The notes under the pieces were generated by a model. That model was not told the DNA's origin, did no database searches, and saw only the letters and a program-made list of their open reading frames with translations. The position numbers and the translations under genes are program-made. From Clostridia bacterium (lineage in GTDB: Bacteria > Bacillota > Clostridia > Oscillospirales > CAG-272), in assembly GCA_017453325.1 (NCBI GenBank), contig JAFTKK010000064.1, positions 926 to 64,925 on the forward strand: a stretch of 64,000 bases of DNA, in the 5' to 3' direction. Position 1 is the stretch's first letter; every line of letters begins with the position of its first letter. Of this stretch, positions 28,834-38,585 are shown piece after piece.

Positions 28834-29829
28834 TTACCTCCCCAGCAGCATCAAACAGCACAAAATAGCCGTCACGAGCGAAAACAGCACCACAACGGTA
28901 TTTTCCGAATAGCCCTTTTTTTCGAGATGATGATGAAAGGGTGCCATTAAAAACAGACGGCGACCGTGCGTCAGCTTAAAATACGCGACCTGCAATATCA
29001 CGCTGCCCGCCTCGGCAAGGTAAATGCCGCCCGCACCCAGCACAGTCAGCGGCTGCGCCGAGAGCAATCCCACACTCGCCACAACACCGCCAAGAAACAA
29101 GGAACCCGTATCCCCCATGAACACACGTGCGGGATGGTGATTGAACACCAGAAAGCCGAGCATTGCCGCTGTCAAAAGTGCACCGAAGAAAGAAAACAGA
29201 CCCTCCCCGCGCAAATTGCCGTACAAGAAGAAAAAAACACCAAGAACCGCCACCGTGGAGGCGAGCAGACCGTCAAGCCCGTCGGTTAAGTTGAGTGCGT
29301 TGACCATTCCCGTCAAAAAAAGCAGGGCAAGCGGATAATATAGAATTCCAAGCTCAAGCTCACGCGCGGTAAACGGCAGCGCGATCGCGGTATCGATCAG
29401 CTCCAAATATCGCGCGGCAAAGAGCAAGGCCGCAGACACCAGCAGCTGCAGCAGATATTTGTGCATGGCACAAAGCCCCTCGTTTTGACGCTTGCAAAGC
29501 TTGCGATAATCGTCAAAAAAGCCAATGGCACCGCAAGCGGCGGCATATAGGATCACCAGCACGGGCGCAAGCAGCGAGGCGCGCTCGCCGCGCAGCAAAA
29601 GCCACGCCGCATAGGAGAGAAAAACGGCGAGCAGCGCCATGATAAAGGCAAGACCGCCCATCGTCGGCGTGCCCGATTTTGACATATGCCACACGGGCCC
29701 GATCGTCAGAATGGGCTGATCTGCACGGTAACGGCAGAGCACGGGAATGAGCACACGCTCCAGCAGCACCGTCAAGATCAAAACAGCGGCAAAAAGCGCA
29801 GCATAAGTATAAATTCCTTCGGTTTTCAT
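28834..29829 (-). CDS. mraY: phospho-N-acetylmuramoyl-pentapeptide transferase
   Basis: PTMGG, NLTDGLDGL, VFMGDTGSL, APFHHH. Confidence 0.9.
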   Translation of the reverse strand: MKTEGIYTYAALFAAVLILTVLLERVLIPVLCRYRADQPILTIGPVWHMSKSGTPTMGGLAFIMALLAVFLSYAAWLLLRGERASLLAPVLVILYAAACGAIGFFDDYRKLCKRQNEGLCAMHKYLLQLLVSAALLFAARYLELIDTAIALPFTARELELGILYYPLALLFLTGMVNALNLTDGLDGLLASTVAVLGVFFFLYGNLRGEGLFSFFGALLTAAMLGFLVFNHHPARVFMGDTGSLFLGGVVASVGLLSAQPLTVLGAGGIYLAEAGSVILQVAYFKLTHGRRLFLMAPFHHHLEKKGYSENTVVVLFSLVTAILCCLMLLGR

Positions 29830-31226
29830 CGTTCCCTCCTCAGCGCCTCGATCACACGCTCAAGTGCGGTCTTGCGGCTGGCTTTCAATAAAATGTACGT
29901 TCCCTTTGGCGTGGCGCTTAAAAGAGCTGAAGCCAGCTCCGCCTCCTGCCCTGCGGCAAAGGTTTTGATGCACGCCTTCGGCATCCCACCCTCCTGTGCG
30001 CCAGCCGCCAGTACGGAGGCATATTCGCCATAAAGAAAGAGTTGCGCAAGGCCGCACCCGGCGGCGCATCTCCCCACGGTACGGTGCAGCGTAGCGGCCT
30101 GCTCCCCAAGCTCACCGATATCACCGAGAACTGCGGCACGGGGGGCATCTTTTCCAAGATAGCAAAGTGCTTCAAGCGAGGCAACTACGGCCTCGGGAGA
30201 GGCGTTATAGGTATCATCGATCAACACACGCCCCGCCACCTCAATGCGTTGCATACGCGGCGAGGTCCTAACGGCCTTGGCGATTCCGTGGCGGATCGCT
30301 GCGTCAGGAACCTCCAAAAGCGTGCCTACCGCCGCGGCAATAGCAAGACAGGACGTCCCGATGCTTCCGGGAATATGCCAACAAAGCCCGTTTAATGCGC
30401 GGGCGGGCGTCAAAATATCGGCCGTGACACCCAGCTCATGCGAAACGGCACGGCACACGCGAACATCACACCCTTGTGTACTCCCAAAACGTAACATAGG
30501 TGACGAAATGCCACTCAGCGCCGCTTTTGGAATACTGTCGGGCAGAACAAGCACGCCGTTTTCCCTAAGCCCGCAGGAGAGCTTCAGCTTTTCCTCAAGC
30601 AGCGTGGCATAATTACCGTATTGCCCGATGTGCGCGGTTCCCACGTTGGTAAGCACGGCAATATCGGGCGCAAGCGCGCGGGAAAGCGGCTCCATCTCAT
30701 TTTTGTGATTGATACCGATCTCCAGTACAAAATAATCGGCCTCCTCCATACCGAGCAACGACAAGGGCATACCAACCGTGCTGTTATAGTTGCCGGCGCT
30801 GCTTTGCACCGTTCCAACCTCTCCGAGCACGGTGGCAAGAAGCTCCTTCACGGTCGTCTTTCCCGTGCTGCCGCTGACCGCGATCACGGTGGCACGCGTT
30901 TTTTGCCGTCGCGCGGCAGCAGCGGCCAAAAGGGCGGCGTCACAATCGGGAACACGCAGCCATAGGCAGTTTTCCGCGTAAAATGGCGGCTCGGTCTCGG
31001 CGAGCACCGCACACGCGCCGCGCGCGAGTGCCTCACCGATAAAATCCAGCCCATTTTGCCCCCGCCCTTTGCGTGCCACAAACAAATCTCCCGCTTCGGT
31101 TCGGCGAGAATCTGTGGTAATACCGCCGATGACAGAGCAAACGCATCCCCGTGCCTGCAAGGTAGCACCCAGCGCCGCCGCAAGACGGCTCGGCTCCCGA
31201 AAAACCGAGGCAAGTGAAATCCTCAT
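29826..31226 (-). CDS. murF: UDP-N-acetylmuramoyl-tripeptide--D-alanyl-D-alanine ligase
   Basis: Mur ligase pattern GSTGKTT and DDTYNASP. 4-nt overlaps on both sides. Confidence 0.85.
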   Translation of the reverse strand: MRISLASVFREPSRLAAALGATLQARGCVCSVIGGITTDSRRTEAGDLFVARKGRGQNGLDFIGEALARGACAVLAETEPPFYAENCLWLRVPDCDAALLAAAAARRQKTRATVIAVSGSTGKTTVKELLATVLGEVGTVQSSAGNYNSTVGMPLSLLGMEEADYFVLEIGINHKNEMEPLSRALAPDIAVLTNVGTAHIGQYGNYATLLEEKLKLSCGLRENGVLVLPDSIPKAALSGISSPMLRFGSTQGCDVRVCRAVSHELGVTADILTPARALNGLCWHIPGSIGTSCLAIAAAVGTLLEVPDAAIRHGIAKAVRTSPRMQRIEVAGRVLIDDTYNASPEAVVASLEALCYLGKDAPRAAVLGDIGELGEQAATLHRTVGRCAAGCGLAQLFLYGEYASVLAAGAQEGGMPKACIKTFAAGQEAELASALLSATPKGTYILLKASRKTALERVIEALRRER

Positions 31227-32704
31227 GCCTCAAACTCCCGCTGCTTTTCTGCCATGCAGGCGGTAACGATATCACGCTCCGAGAAGGCGAGCCGTTCTCT
31301 GCCCCTGATCTCGTATTCCTCGTGCCCCTTTCCCGCCAAAAGCAAAATGTCTCCCGGCCTCGCAACATTTACGGCAAAGGCAATAGCCTCTCTCCGATCC
31401 TCAATTATTTTGTACGGTTTTTCCTTGTCTATACCCTTGACGATATCGGCAATGATGGCGCTCGGCGACTCGCTGCGCGGATTATCCGACGTAATGACCG
31501 TGAGGTCCGCGAGGCGCGTGGCGATCCTGCCCATTTTGCGCCGCTTGCTGCGGTCTCGGTCGCCGCCGCAGCCGAACAGCAAAATGATCCTTTGCCGAGG
31601 CAAGCGAAACCGCCTGACCGATAGCAGCAGCTTTTCAAGTGCATCGGGGGTATGCGCATAATCAAGAAACACGCTGATATCAAGATCGTTTTGGGCCACA
31701 CGCTCCATTCTGCCGCAAACGCCGCCGAAATCCGCCAGCGCAGCCCTCACCGTCTTAGCTTCCACTCCGAGCGAAAGCGCGGTCATGGCGGCAAGTGCTG
31801 CGTTTTCAACGCTGAAATCCCCCGGAACGGGCAAAGAAAGCTCTATTGCCTCCCCTTCATGCAGGAGCGTAAAGCAAACGCCCGTGGCGCCGTTTGCCAG
31901 AACCTTTGTCACGTTGCCGCGCCCAACCGTTAAAAACGGGGCGGTGATGCTATCGGAAAGAGATTGACCATACGCACCGAACAAAGAGATCACACCCATT
32001 TCGCAGCGGGAAAAGAGCTTACGCTTTTCCATAAAATAGCCCGCCATATCACCGTGCAGATCAAGGTGATCGGGCGTGAGATTGGTAAAGACGGCGCGCT
32101 TGAAAAATAGCGGCTCCACCTTATCAAAGCAAAGCGCGTGCGAGGTAACCTCCATCAGAACATACCGAGCCCCGGCATCACGCATATCGGCAAGCAAGCG
32201 GTAAAGCTCGGCAGGGTCGGGGGTGGTCATATTGGCGAGCTTATCGGCATTTGGTGCCGATATGACCTGCCCGTTGCAGCGGGCCGCCACCGTGCCGATC
32301 ACACCGCAGGTATGCCCCGCAGCAAGGAGAATTGCCTCCAGCATGGAAAGCGTGGAGGTCTTGCCGTTCGTACCCGTAATGCCAATCAAGGAAAGATTGG
32401 CTGCAGGGTGACCGTACCAGGCATCAAAAAGCCGAGAGAGTGCCGCACGTGCGCTGCCAACGACGAGCGAGGGTATCCCTGCCACGCGGCGCTCTGCCAC
32501 CACAAAAACAGCTCCGCGAGAGATCGCCTCGCCAATATGCACATAGCCATCCGCATGCAGCCCTCTGATCGCCACAAAAACATTCCCTTGTGCCACGCGG
32601 CGGGAATCGGAGGAAATACCGCTGACCTCGATTTCGCCAATGGCATCGCTCACCTCATAACCTGCTGACCGCAAAAGCTCCTTTAGCTTCATCATGTCCC
32701 TCAC
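31223..32704 (-). CDS. murE: UDP-N-acetylmuramoyl-L-alanyl-D-glutamate--2,6-diaminopimelate ligase
   Basis: GITGTNGKTS, DYAHTPDAL, and the DNPR motif (ITSDNPRSE) that indicates meso-DAP specificity. Confidence 0.9.
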   Translation of the reverse strand: MRDMMKLKELLRSAGYEVSDAIGEIEVSGISSDSRRVAQGNVFVAIRGLHADGYVHIGEAISRGAVFVVAERRVAGIPSLVVGSARAALSRLFDAWYGHPAANLSLIGITGTNGKTSTLSMLEAILLAAGHTCGVIGTVAARCNGQVISAPNADKLANMTTPDPAELYRLLADMRDAGARYVLMEVTSHALCFDKVEPLFFKRAVFTNLTPDHLDLHGDMAGYFMEKRKLFSRCEMGVISLFGAYGQSLSDSITAPFLTVGRGNVTKVLANGATGVCFTLLHEGEAIELSLPVPGDFSVENAALAAMTALSLGVEAKTVRAALADFGGVCGRMERVAQNDLDISVFLDYAHTPDALEKLLLSVRRFRLPRQRIILLFGCGGDRDRSKRRKMGRIATRLADLTVITSDNPRSESPSAIIADIVKGIDKEKPYKIIEDRREAIAFAVNVARPGDILLLAGKGHEEYEIRGRERLAFSERDIVTACMAEKQREFEA

Positions 32705-34941
32705 TCCTCCTCTTGTTCATACGGAAACCAAAGCGTGACCAAGCCCCCTTGTGCCAAGGGGGTTCCCGCCGCAGGTGACTGTGCCGTCACCGTTTTATCT
32801 ACCATAAAGTAATCCTTCGCGCCACTCACCGCAACGTTGAAGCCTTGATCGATCAAAAGTTGATTGGCCTGTGAGGCCGTCAACCCCACGACGTTTGGCA
32901 CGCTGCGGGAGGTCTCAGCGCCGCCGCTGCCAACCGTCAGCACCACGTTGGCGCCGCTTTTGCGGATACGACTGCCCGCCAAAGGCTGCTGCGCGACAAC
33001 CGTGTCGCCCTCACCAGTCAGCCGTACCGCGATACCGCCTGCTGCCAGCAGCTTTTCCGCTTCGCTTGCGCTGAGCCCCGTGCAATCGGGCACGGTGACG
33101 GTCAGATTTTCTGCCTCCTGCTCGGTGTAGACGGGCTCAACGCCAAGATACGGCAGCACCGCCTCAAACACGTTGCCAACATAGGGAGCAGCCACCACGC
33201 TGCCGTATTTGCTGCCGTCCGTCGGCTCATCCACCACGATGATCACGGCAATTTCGGGATCGTCCGCGGGTGCGAAGCCGACGCAGGAGCCGATACGCGC
33301 GCTTTTGTCGTCACCGATCTTCTCCGAGGTGCCCGTCTTTGCCGCCACGCGGTAGCCAGCCACGTAGGCATTTTTTGCACCGCCGTCACCTGCGACACCG
33401 CCCGCCAAAATCTCCTTGACGGTATTGGCTGTCTCCTCGCTGATCACCTGTCTTTTTACCTCCGTCTCATGTTGCCACACCGCATTTCCCTCCGCATCGG
33501 TGATGCGCTCCACCACATAAGGCGTAAGCAGCTTACCGCCGTTTGCCACGGCCGAAATTGCCGTGATCATTTGCAGAACCGAAACCTTAAAATTTTGCCC
33601 AAAGGATGCGGTGGCAAGATCAAGCGCGGTAAAATTTGAGGCGGCGTGAAAAATGGAATTTCCCTCGCCCGGCAGATCAATACCTGTTTTTTCAAGCAAT
33701 CCAAACCCTTTGACGTAATTGTAAAAGCAATCCGTACCGATGCGCGCAGCAATCGTCATCATCACGGGATTGCAGGAGTTTTGCAGCCCCTCCGTGAAGG
33801 TCAGACTGCCGTGGCCGCCCACCTTGTGACAATGAATCAAGCGGTCTGCAACTGCCAGCGCGCCGCTGCAAAAAAAGCGCTCCTCCAGATTGGTGACGGC
33901 GTCCTCCTCCAGTACCATAGAGCAGGTGAGCGCCTTAAAGGTAGAGCCCGGCATATAGATCTCTGTCACCGCCTTGTTTGACCAGCTCTCCAGCAAAAGT
34001 GCACGCTTTGTAGCAGCATATTCCTCGCTGTCCTCGCGCAGCCCGAGCGCCTTGAGCTCAGCCTCGGCATACTGATTGAGTGTAAAGGGATCGTTCAAGT
34101 CAAATGTGGGAGCCGTTGCCATAGCCAATACCGCACCCGTATTGACATTCATCACAATGCCGCATACGCGGTTGGCAGCACCGCTTTCGATCATGGTAGC
34201 CTCAAGCTGCTCCTCCAAGACAGCCTGCACGTAAGCATCGATGGTGGTGTGCAGCGTTTGCCCATCGGTGGCGGGCACGTAGGCCTCATAACGGTTGGGT
34301 AAGCGATTCCCCGTGGAATCGCGCGCGGTAATATAGGAGCCCGCCACCCCGGAAAGCGCGGTGTTATATTGTAACTCGAGACCGTAAAGCCCCTGCCCGT
34401 CACTACCCGTAAAGCCAAGCACCTGCGCCGCCAGACTCTCGTAGGGATAATAGCGGTCGCTCACCGCCTCCACCGTCAGCATATCGGAAAGCCCCTCCTC
34501 GGCAATAAAGGCAAGCACCTGCCGCGCTGTTTCGGCATCCGTGCTTTTGACCACGGTACGGGAAAGCTCTTTGGTGTGAGAGATATGCTCCATGACCTTC
34601 TCGCTTGTCAACCCGGTGACAAGCGAAGATAACCCCTCGGCCACCGTGTTCGCGCAGGATTCCCCTGCCTTGGCAATAGCTGCGGGATAAAGCGAAATGC
34701 GATAAGCGGTGCGATTGGTGGCAAGCACGCGCCCTGCGGCATCGAGAATTTCACCGCGTGCCGCGCGCACGGTAGATTCGGTGGTAAGCTGGTCGAAGAC
34801 CTTTTTTTGATATCGTTCAAAATCAAAAAATTGAATAAAAAAGATACGCACCGTCAAAAAAGCAAACACAAAAACCAAAAAAAGTGCCACGACCGAGGAA
34901 CGCTTCACGGTAATGGCGGAAAACTGCCGTTTTTTCATCAT
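32701..34941 (-). CDS. class B penicillin-binding protein (FtsI/PBP2B/SpoVD family) with two C-terminal PASTA domains
   Basis: N-terminal TM segment. STFK (PGSTFKALT), SCN (NSCNP), KTGT (AAKTGTSE). Two PASTA-like repeats at the C-terminus. Confidence 0.88.
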   Translation of the reverse strand: MMKKRQFSAITVKRSSVVALFLVFVFAFLTVRIFFIQFFDFERYQKKVFDQLTTESTVRAARGEILDAAGRVLATNRTAYRISLYPAAIAKAGESCANTVAEGLSSLVTGLTSEKVMEHISHTKELSRTVVKSTDAETARQVLAFIAEEGLSDMLTVEAVSDRYYPYESLAAQVLGFTGSDGQGLYGLELQYNTALSGVAGSYITARDSTGNRLPNRYEAYVPATDGQTLHTTIDAYVQAVLEEQLEATMIESGAANRVCGIVMNVNTGAVLAMATAPTFDLNDPFTLNQYAEAELKALGLREDSEEYAATKRALLLESWSNKAVTEIYMPGSTFKALTCSMVLEEDAVTNLEERFFCSGALAVADRLIHCHKVGGHGSLTFTEGLQNSCNPVMMTIAARIGTDCFYNYVKGFGLLEKTGIDLPGEGNSIFHAASNFTALDLATASFGQNFKVSVLQMITAISAVANGGKLLTPYVVERITDAEGNAVWQHETEVKRQVISEETANTVKEILAGGVAGDGGAKNAYVAGYRVAAKTGTSEKIGDDKSARIGSCVGFAPADDPEIAVIIVVDEPTDGSKYGSVVAAPYVGNVFEAVLPYLGVEPVYTEQEAENLTVTVPDCTGLSASEAEKLLAAGGIAVRLTGEGDTVVAQQPLAGSRIRKSGANVVLTVGSGGAETSRSVPNVVGLTASQANQLLIDQGFNVAVSGAKDYFMVDKTVTAQSPAAGTPLAQGGLVTLWFPYEQEEE

Positions 34942-34949
34942 GCTCCCCT

Positions 34950-35057
34950 AAAAAAATTCCTGTCGGAAAGAATAAGGGGCGGCGAAGTCCGCTTTCACGG
35001 AGCTCGCCGCCCAAGATGGCGACCTGTGCCGCGCATCCTTATTCTATTCCCGACAGG
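34950..35057 (-). promoter_or_regulatory. large Y-shaped hairpin plus U7 tract immediately upstream of the PBP RBS (candidate attenuator or internal terminator)
   Basis: Outer stem pairs 35037-35057 with 34959-34977 (8 bp + 9 bp). Inner hairpin at 34978-35011 (GGCGGCGA..TCCG-TGAAAG-CGGA..TCGCCGCC). Then AATTTTTTT, then AGGGGAGC, then ATG 34941. Confidence 0.55.
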
Positions 35058-35073
35058 GATAATTTAGACCAGT

Positions 35074-35745
35074 TTACCAAAGGTAGGAGAGTGCATTGAG
35101 AAGTGCATCAAGACCGCTTTCGGGAGCCTTTGTCTCATACACCTCAACGGTGTTTTGATCGGCTGCGGTCAGATAGCCGTCAGAGACCGTTGAAGCGCTG
35201 CCCTCAGCGGAAAGCAGCTCGGCAGTCATAACCACCTCGGTGTGCTCTGCCGTCTCCTTGGATTGCGCGAGTGCGGTCTCGCTGTTTTGCAGCATCACAC
35301 CCGATGCAGCCAGCAAAGCAATAGACATCATCAAAATAAAAGCAAACAATGCGTTCACGAGCATCACGTGACGTCTTGCAAAACGCATACGGCAGGAAAA
35401 GGCAGCCTCGCGTGCGGCCTCTCTTTTCTGCTTCTTTGCCGCCTTGTTTTTCTCCACCTTTTGTGCGGCACTCGAAAGTGCGGTACGCACGGCGCCGATG
35501 CGATCGCTGCCGCCGTAACGGCGATTAAAATACTCCACAAAGTCGCCCGTAGAAATGCGCACGCCGCCATCGGGCTCGTCGTGCAGATACACGATGGTCG
35601 TGGCGTTGGGAGTGGGAGCGTGGTCAACCGCGCTTTTTTTCAGCGCACGCTGAGTGCGGTCGCGATAACGGCTGCGCAGCGCTTCGATCTGATCTTTATA
35701 GTTTTCTTGAAAATATACTTTATCATATACTTCTGTTCCGTACAT
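35074..35745 (-). CDS. hypothetical single-pass membrane protein in the ftsL position of the dcw cluster
   Basis: 223 aa. Cytoplasmic part of about 125 aa with a K/R-rich stretch, TM helix MLVNALFAFILMMSIALLAASGVML, and an extracellular tail of about 75 aa. Lies between rsmH and the PBP gene. Confidence 0.45.
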   Translation of the reverse strand: MYGTEVYDKVYFQENYKDQIEALRSRYRDRTQRALKKSAVDHAPTPNATTIVYLHDEPDGGVRISTGDFVEYFNRRYGGSDRIGAVRTALSSAAQKVEKNKAAKKQKREAAREAAFSCRMRFARRHVMLVNALFAFILMMSIALLAASGVMLQNSETALAQSKETAEHTEVVMTAELLSAEGSASTVSDGYLTAADQNTVEVYETKAPESGLDALLNALSYLW

Positions 35746-35772
35746 AATGCAGCCTCCTGTTTGTCTGTTTTC

Positions 35773-36711
35773 TCAAAGCTTTTCTGCCACACGGAGCTTG
35801 GCGCTGCGCGCGCGCGGGTTTTCATCTAACTCAGTTTGGCTTGGCAGGATCGGTTTCTTTGTAATGATCTTAGCGGTGGGCTTATTGCCGCACACGCATA
35901 TGGGCAAGCTTTTGGGGCACGTGCAACCCTCGGCCATGGCGGCGAAGGTCTGCTTCACAATGCGATCCTCGAGGGAATGAAAGGTAATGACCGCCAATCT
36001 GCCGCCCGGATTCATGCGTACCATAGCGCTGCGCAGCGCGGGCACGATGGCGTCAAGCTCTCCGTTTACCTCAATGCGAATTGCCTGAAAGGAGCGCTTG
36101 GCAGGATGATGCCCTCCCTCGCGTGCCGCAGCAGGCATGGCGCTTTTGATCAGGTCGGATAACTGACGCGTAGTGGCGATGGGCGCCTTTTCGCGCTCCT
36201 CCACGATCTTTCTTGCAATGCGAGCCGAGAATTTTTCTTCACCGTAGGTGAAAAGGATATGCTTCAGCTCCTGCTCGCTGTATGTGTTTACGACGGTATA
36301 CGCAGTTTTTTCCGAACGGCGATCCATGCGCATATCAAGCGGTGCATCCGCTTGGTAGGAAAAGCCGCGCTCGGCCGTGTCGAGCTGATGGGAGGAGACA
36401 CCAAGATCAAGGAGCATACCGTCGATCCTGTCAACGCCAAGCGCGTCGAGCACCTCGGCCACCTCGGAAAAATTACTGCGATATACGGTTGCGCGCTCTG
36501 AAAAGGGGGAAAGTCGCGCGGTTGCGGCGGCGATGGCCGACGCGTCACGGTCAATGGCAATCAGCTTGCCTGTGGTCAGTTTTTCTGCGATATGGTAAGA
36601 GTGGCCGCCACCGCCTGCGGTTCCGTCGACGTAAACGCCGTCCGCACGAATGGCAAGACCCTCGATACACTCATCAAGCAATACAGAACGGTGAGAAAAT
36701 TGTTCCGACAT
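35773..36711 (-). CDS. rsmH: 16S rRNA (cytosine1402-N4)-methyltransferase
   Basis: [13 protein letters not shown]..., [20 protein letters not shown]. Start moved to ATG 36711, one nt after the mraZ stop. Confidence 0.9.
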   Translation of the reverse strand: MSEQFSHRSVLLDECIEGLAIRADGVYVDGTAGGGGHSYHIAEKLTTGKLIAIDRDASAIAAATARLSPFSERATVYRSNFSEVAEVLDALGVDRIDGMLLDLGVSSHQLDTAERGFSYQADAPLDMRMDRRSEKTAYTVVNTYSEQELKHILFTYGEEKFSARIARKIVEEREKAPIATTRQLSDLIKSAMPAAAREGGHHPAKRSFQAIRIEVNGELDAIVPALRSAMVRMNPGGRLAVITFHSLEDRIVKQTFAAMAEGCTCPKSLPICVCGNKPTAKIITKKPILPSQTELDENPRARSAKLRVAEKL

Positions 36712-36712
36712 A

Positions 36713-37159
36713 TCAAAGCCCGCTTTCTTCGAGTGCACGGCGAATGGCATCCAGATCAATGCTTGCCACGCGTGCATCGTAGTTCTGCTCAAGCCAGATC
36801 TCGCCGAAATCGCCGCAACCGACGATGGCCAGCGTTCTGGTAGCGCCCTCCTCTGCCTTGAGTGCCACACCTGCAAACTCAAGCAAGCTGTTGGGAATGA
36901 GCACACGACCGAGAGAATCGGGAGTGACCTGTGCTGCATCGTGATAAAGATACCAGAAGATATCCTCGGAGTTCTTACGTGCCATTTCCTTAATGGGCTT
37001 TACGTATTCCTCCCATGCAGCAGCGGAATAAAATCTCAGACATTTGCCGCGCAGGCTGCGGGCGATGACAAAATTCTCACCCAGCTCATCACGCAGCTTT
37101 GCAGGAACGGAAACGCGATTTTTTGCATCAAGAGAATGACGGTATTCACCGAACAGCAT
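36713..37159 (-). CDS. mraZ: transcriptional regulator MraZ
   Basis: [23 protein letters not shown] and a second SpoVT/AbrB-like half ([10 protein letters not shown]). Start at ATG 37159. Confidence 0.9.
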   Translation of the reverse strand: MLFGEYRHSLDAKNRVSVPAKLRDELGENFVIARSLRGKCLRFYSAAAWEEYVKPIKEMARKNSEDIFWYLYHDAAQVTPDSLGRVLIPNSLLEFAGVALKAEEGATRTLAIVGCGDFGEIWLEQNYDARVASIDLDAIRRALEESGL

Positions 37160-37239
37160 ATTTGCGTCCCCCTTCCCTTTTTTGTGGTTTTGCGGCAAAA
37201 TTTCTTAACATTTTGCCCCACAACTTACCACTTGACTAT

Positions 37240-37269
37240 ATTATATGATAAAATCCATCCCCTTGTCAA
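37240..37269 (-). promoter_or_regulatory. dcw cluster promoter TTGACA-18-TATAAT upstream of mraZ
   Basis: Minus strand reads TTGACAaggggatggattttatcaTATAAT. Leader is about 75 nt. Confidence 0.6.
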
Positions 37270-37361
37270 CCCCTCAAGACTAATTTTTTTGTTGTTTTTT
37301 ACATTTTTTCAAAAATTTTTTTGGCTTTTTTGCAGGAAATGGGATAGCGTGGAAAAAATTC

Positions 37362-37406
37362 ACAAAAAAAGAGCCGCGACACACAACATTTGTGTGTCGC
37401 GGCTCT
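37362..37406 (-). terminator. rho-independent terminator of the radical SAM gene
   Basis: AGAGCCGCGACACACA/TGTGTGTCGCGGCTCT stem followed by TTTTTTTGTG on the minus strand. Confidence 0.8.
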
Positions 37407-37416
37407 TTGTTGAAAA

Positions 37417-38391
37417 TCAGCTTTCCAACCGGCTATGCTTTCCTTGCCACGTGTTTCTTGCAACCAGCAGCTTATCAATATCATTCAGAACAGTCAGCTT
37501 TTTGCGGCTCCACAAAGGCGCAAGGAGCGTGTCGGGTGCACCGTCACCCGTCAGACGCCCCAAAACCGTTTCGGGAGGCAGCAGCTCAATGGCATCGGCA
37601 ACCAACGCGATATATCGCTCGCGCTCAAGGGCCTTGTATTCTCCCCTGAGGAAAAGATCTGCCAAAACGGTTCCCTCCACGACATAGAGTAAATGGAGCT
37701 TGACCTCATCGGGGCGAAGTGCCGCCACGCGGCGCACGGTATCGAGCATCCTCTCATCGTCCTCACCCGGCAAGCCGAAAATCAGATGCACGCCGATTCG
37801 CGCGCGCGGCGCACGCGTGCGGATGCGTGAATAAGTATGAAGAAAGGTCGCAAAATCGTGCCCGCGATTGATAAGTGCGGCCGTGTCATCGTGTACCGTC
37901 TGGAGGCCAAGCTCTATGGTAAGCACGGTGCGCTCGGACAGTACGGCGAGGTAGTCAAGCACATCATCGGGCAAGCAATCAGCACGGGTGGCAATATTGA
38001 GCCCCACCGCGTCGGGAAGTGTGAGCGCCTCCTCAAAAAGCGCCGTCAAGCGCGACAAGGGCGCATAGGTATTGGTGTGCGCCTGAAAGTACGGAATACA
38101 TTTTTCCACCTGCCATTTCAGGCTCATTTTCTCGCGTTGCACACGATACTGCTCGGCAAGCGAGAGCGCAGAAGATGCCGTAAAATCGCCGCTGCCGTGC
38201 GACGAGCAATAGATACACCCTCCCGTACCGCAGGTGCCGTCGATATTCGGGCAGGTAAAGCCGCCGTCAAGGGTCAGCTTTGCCACCTTGCCGCCGAAGG
38301 TGTGGCGCAAATAATAATCGTAGGTATGATAGCGCTTATTGGTATCGGAGTACCGAAAGGGGTTTTGTGCCGACTGTGTGATTTTGCTCAT
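37417..38391 (-). CDS. TIGR01212-family radical SAM protein (YhcC-like)
   Basis: LDGGFTCPNIDGTCGTGGCIYCS cluster motif near the N-terminus. 324 aa. Confidence 0.8.
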   Translation of the reverse strand: MSKITQSAQNPFRYSDTNKRYHTYDYYLRHTFGGKVAKLTLDGGFTCPNIDGTCGTGGCIYCSSHGSGDFTASSALSLAEQYRVQREKMSLKWQVEKCIPYFQAHTNTYAPLSRLTALFEEALTLPDAVGLNIATRADCLPDDVLDYLAVLSERTVLTIELGLQTVHDDTAALINRGHDFATFLHTYSRIRTRAPRARIGVHLIFGLPGEDDERMLDTVRRVAALRPDEVKLHLLYVVEGTVLADLFLRGEYKALERERYIALVADAIELLPPETVLGRLTGDGAPDTLLAPLWSRKKLTVLNDIDKLLVARNTWQGKHSRLES

Positions 38392-38585
38392 ATTTCACCT
38401 ACATGGAATAAATAACGTGCAAAGCTGTATTCAACTTCCCAAAACCCAAAATGGGGGGAGGAGCTTAGCCGCCTTATAGCTTGATTATAACACCTCACCC
38501 CCAAAAAAGCAAGACTTCGCGCCGGCTCTTGACTTTTTCCCGCGTGTGTGCTACGATAAACACAGACCCCGAAAGGAGCAACTGT

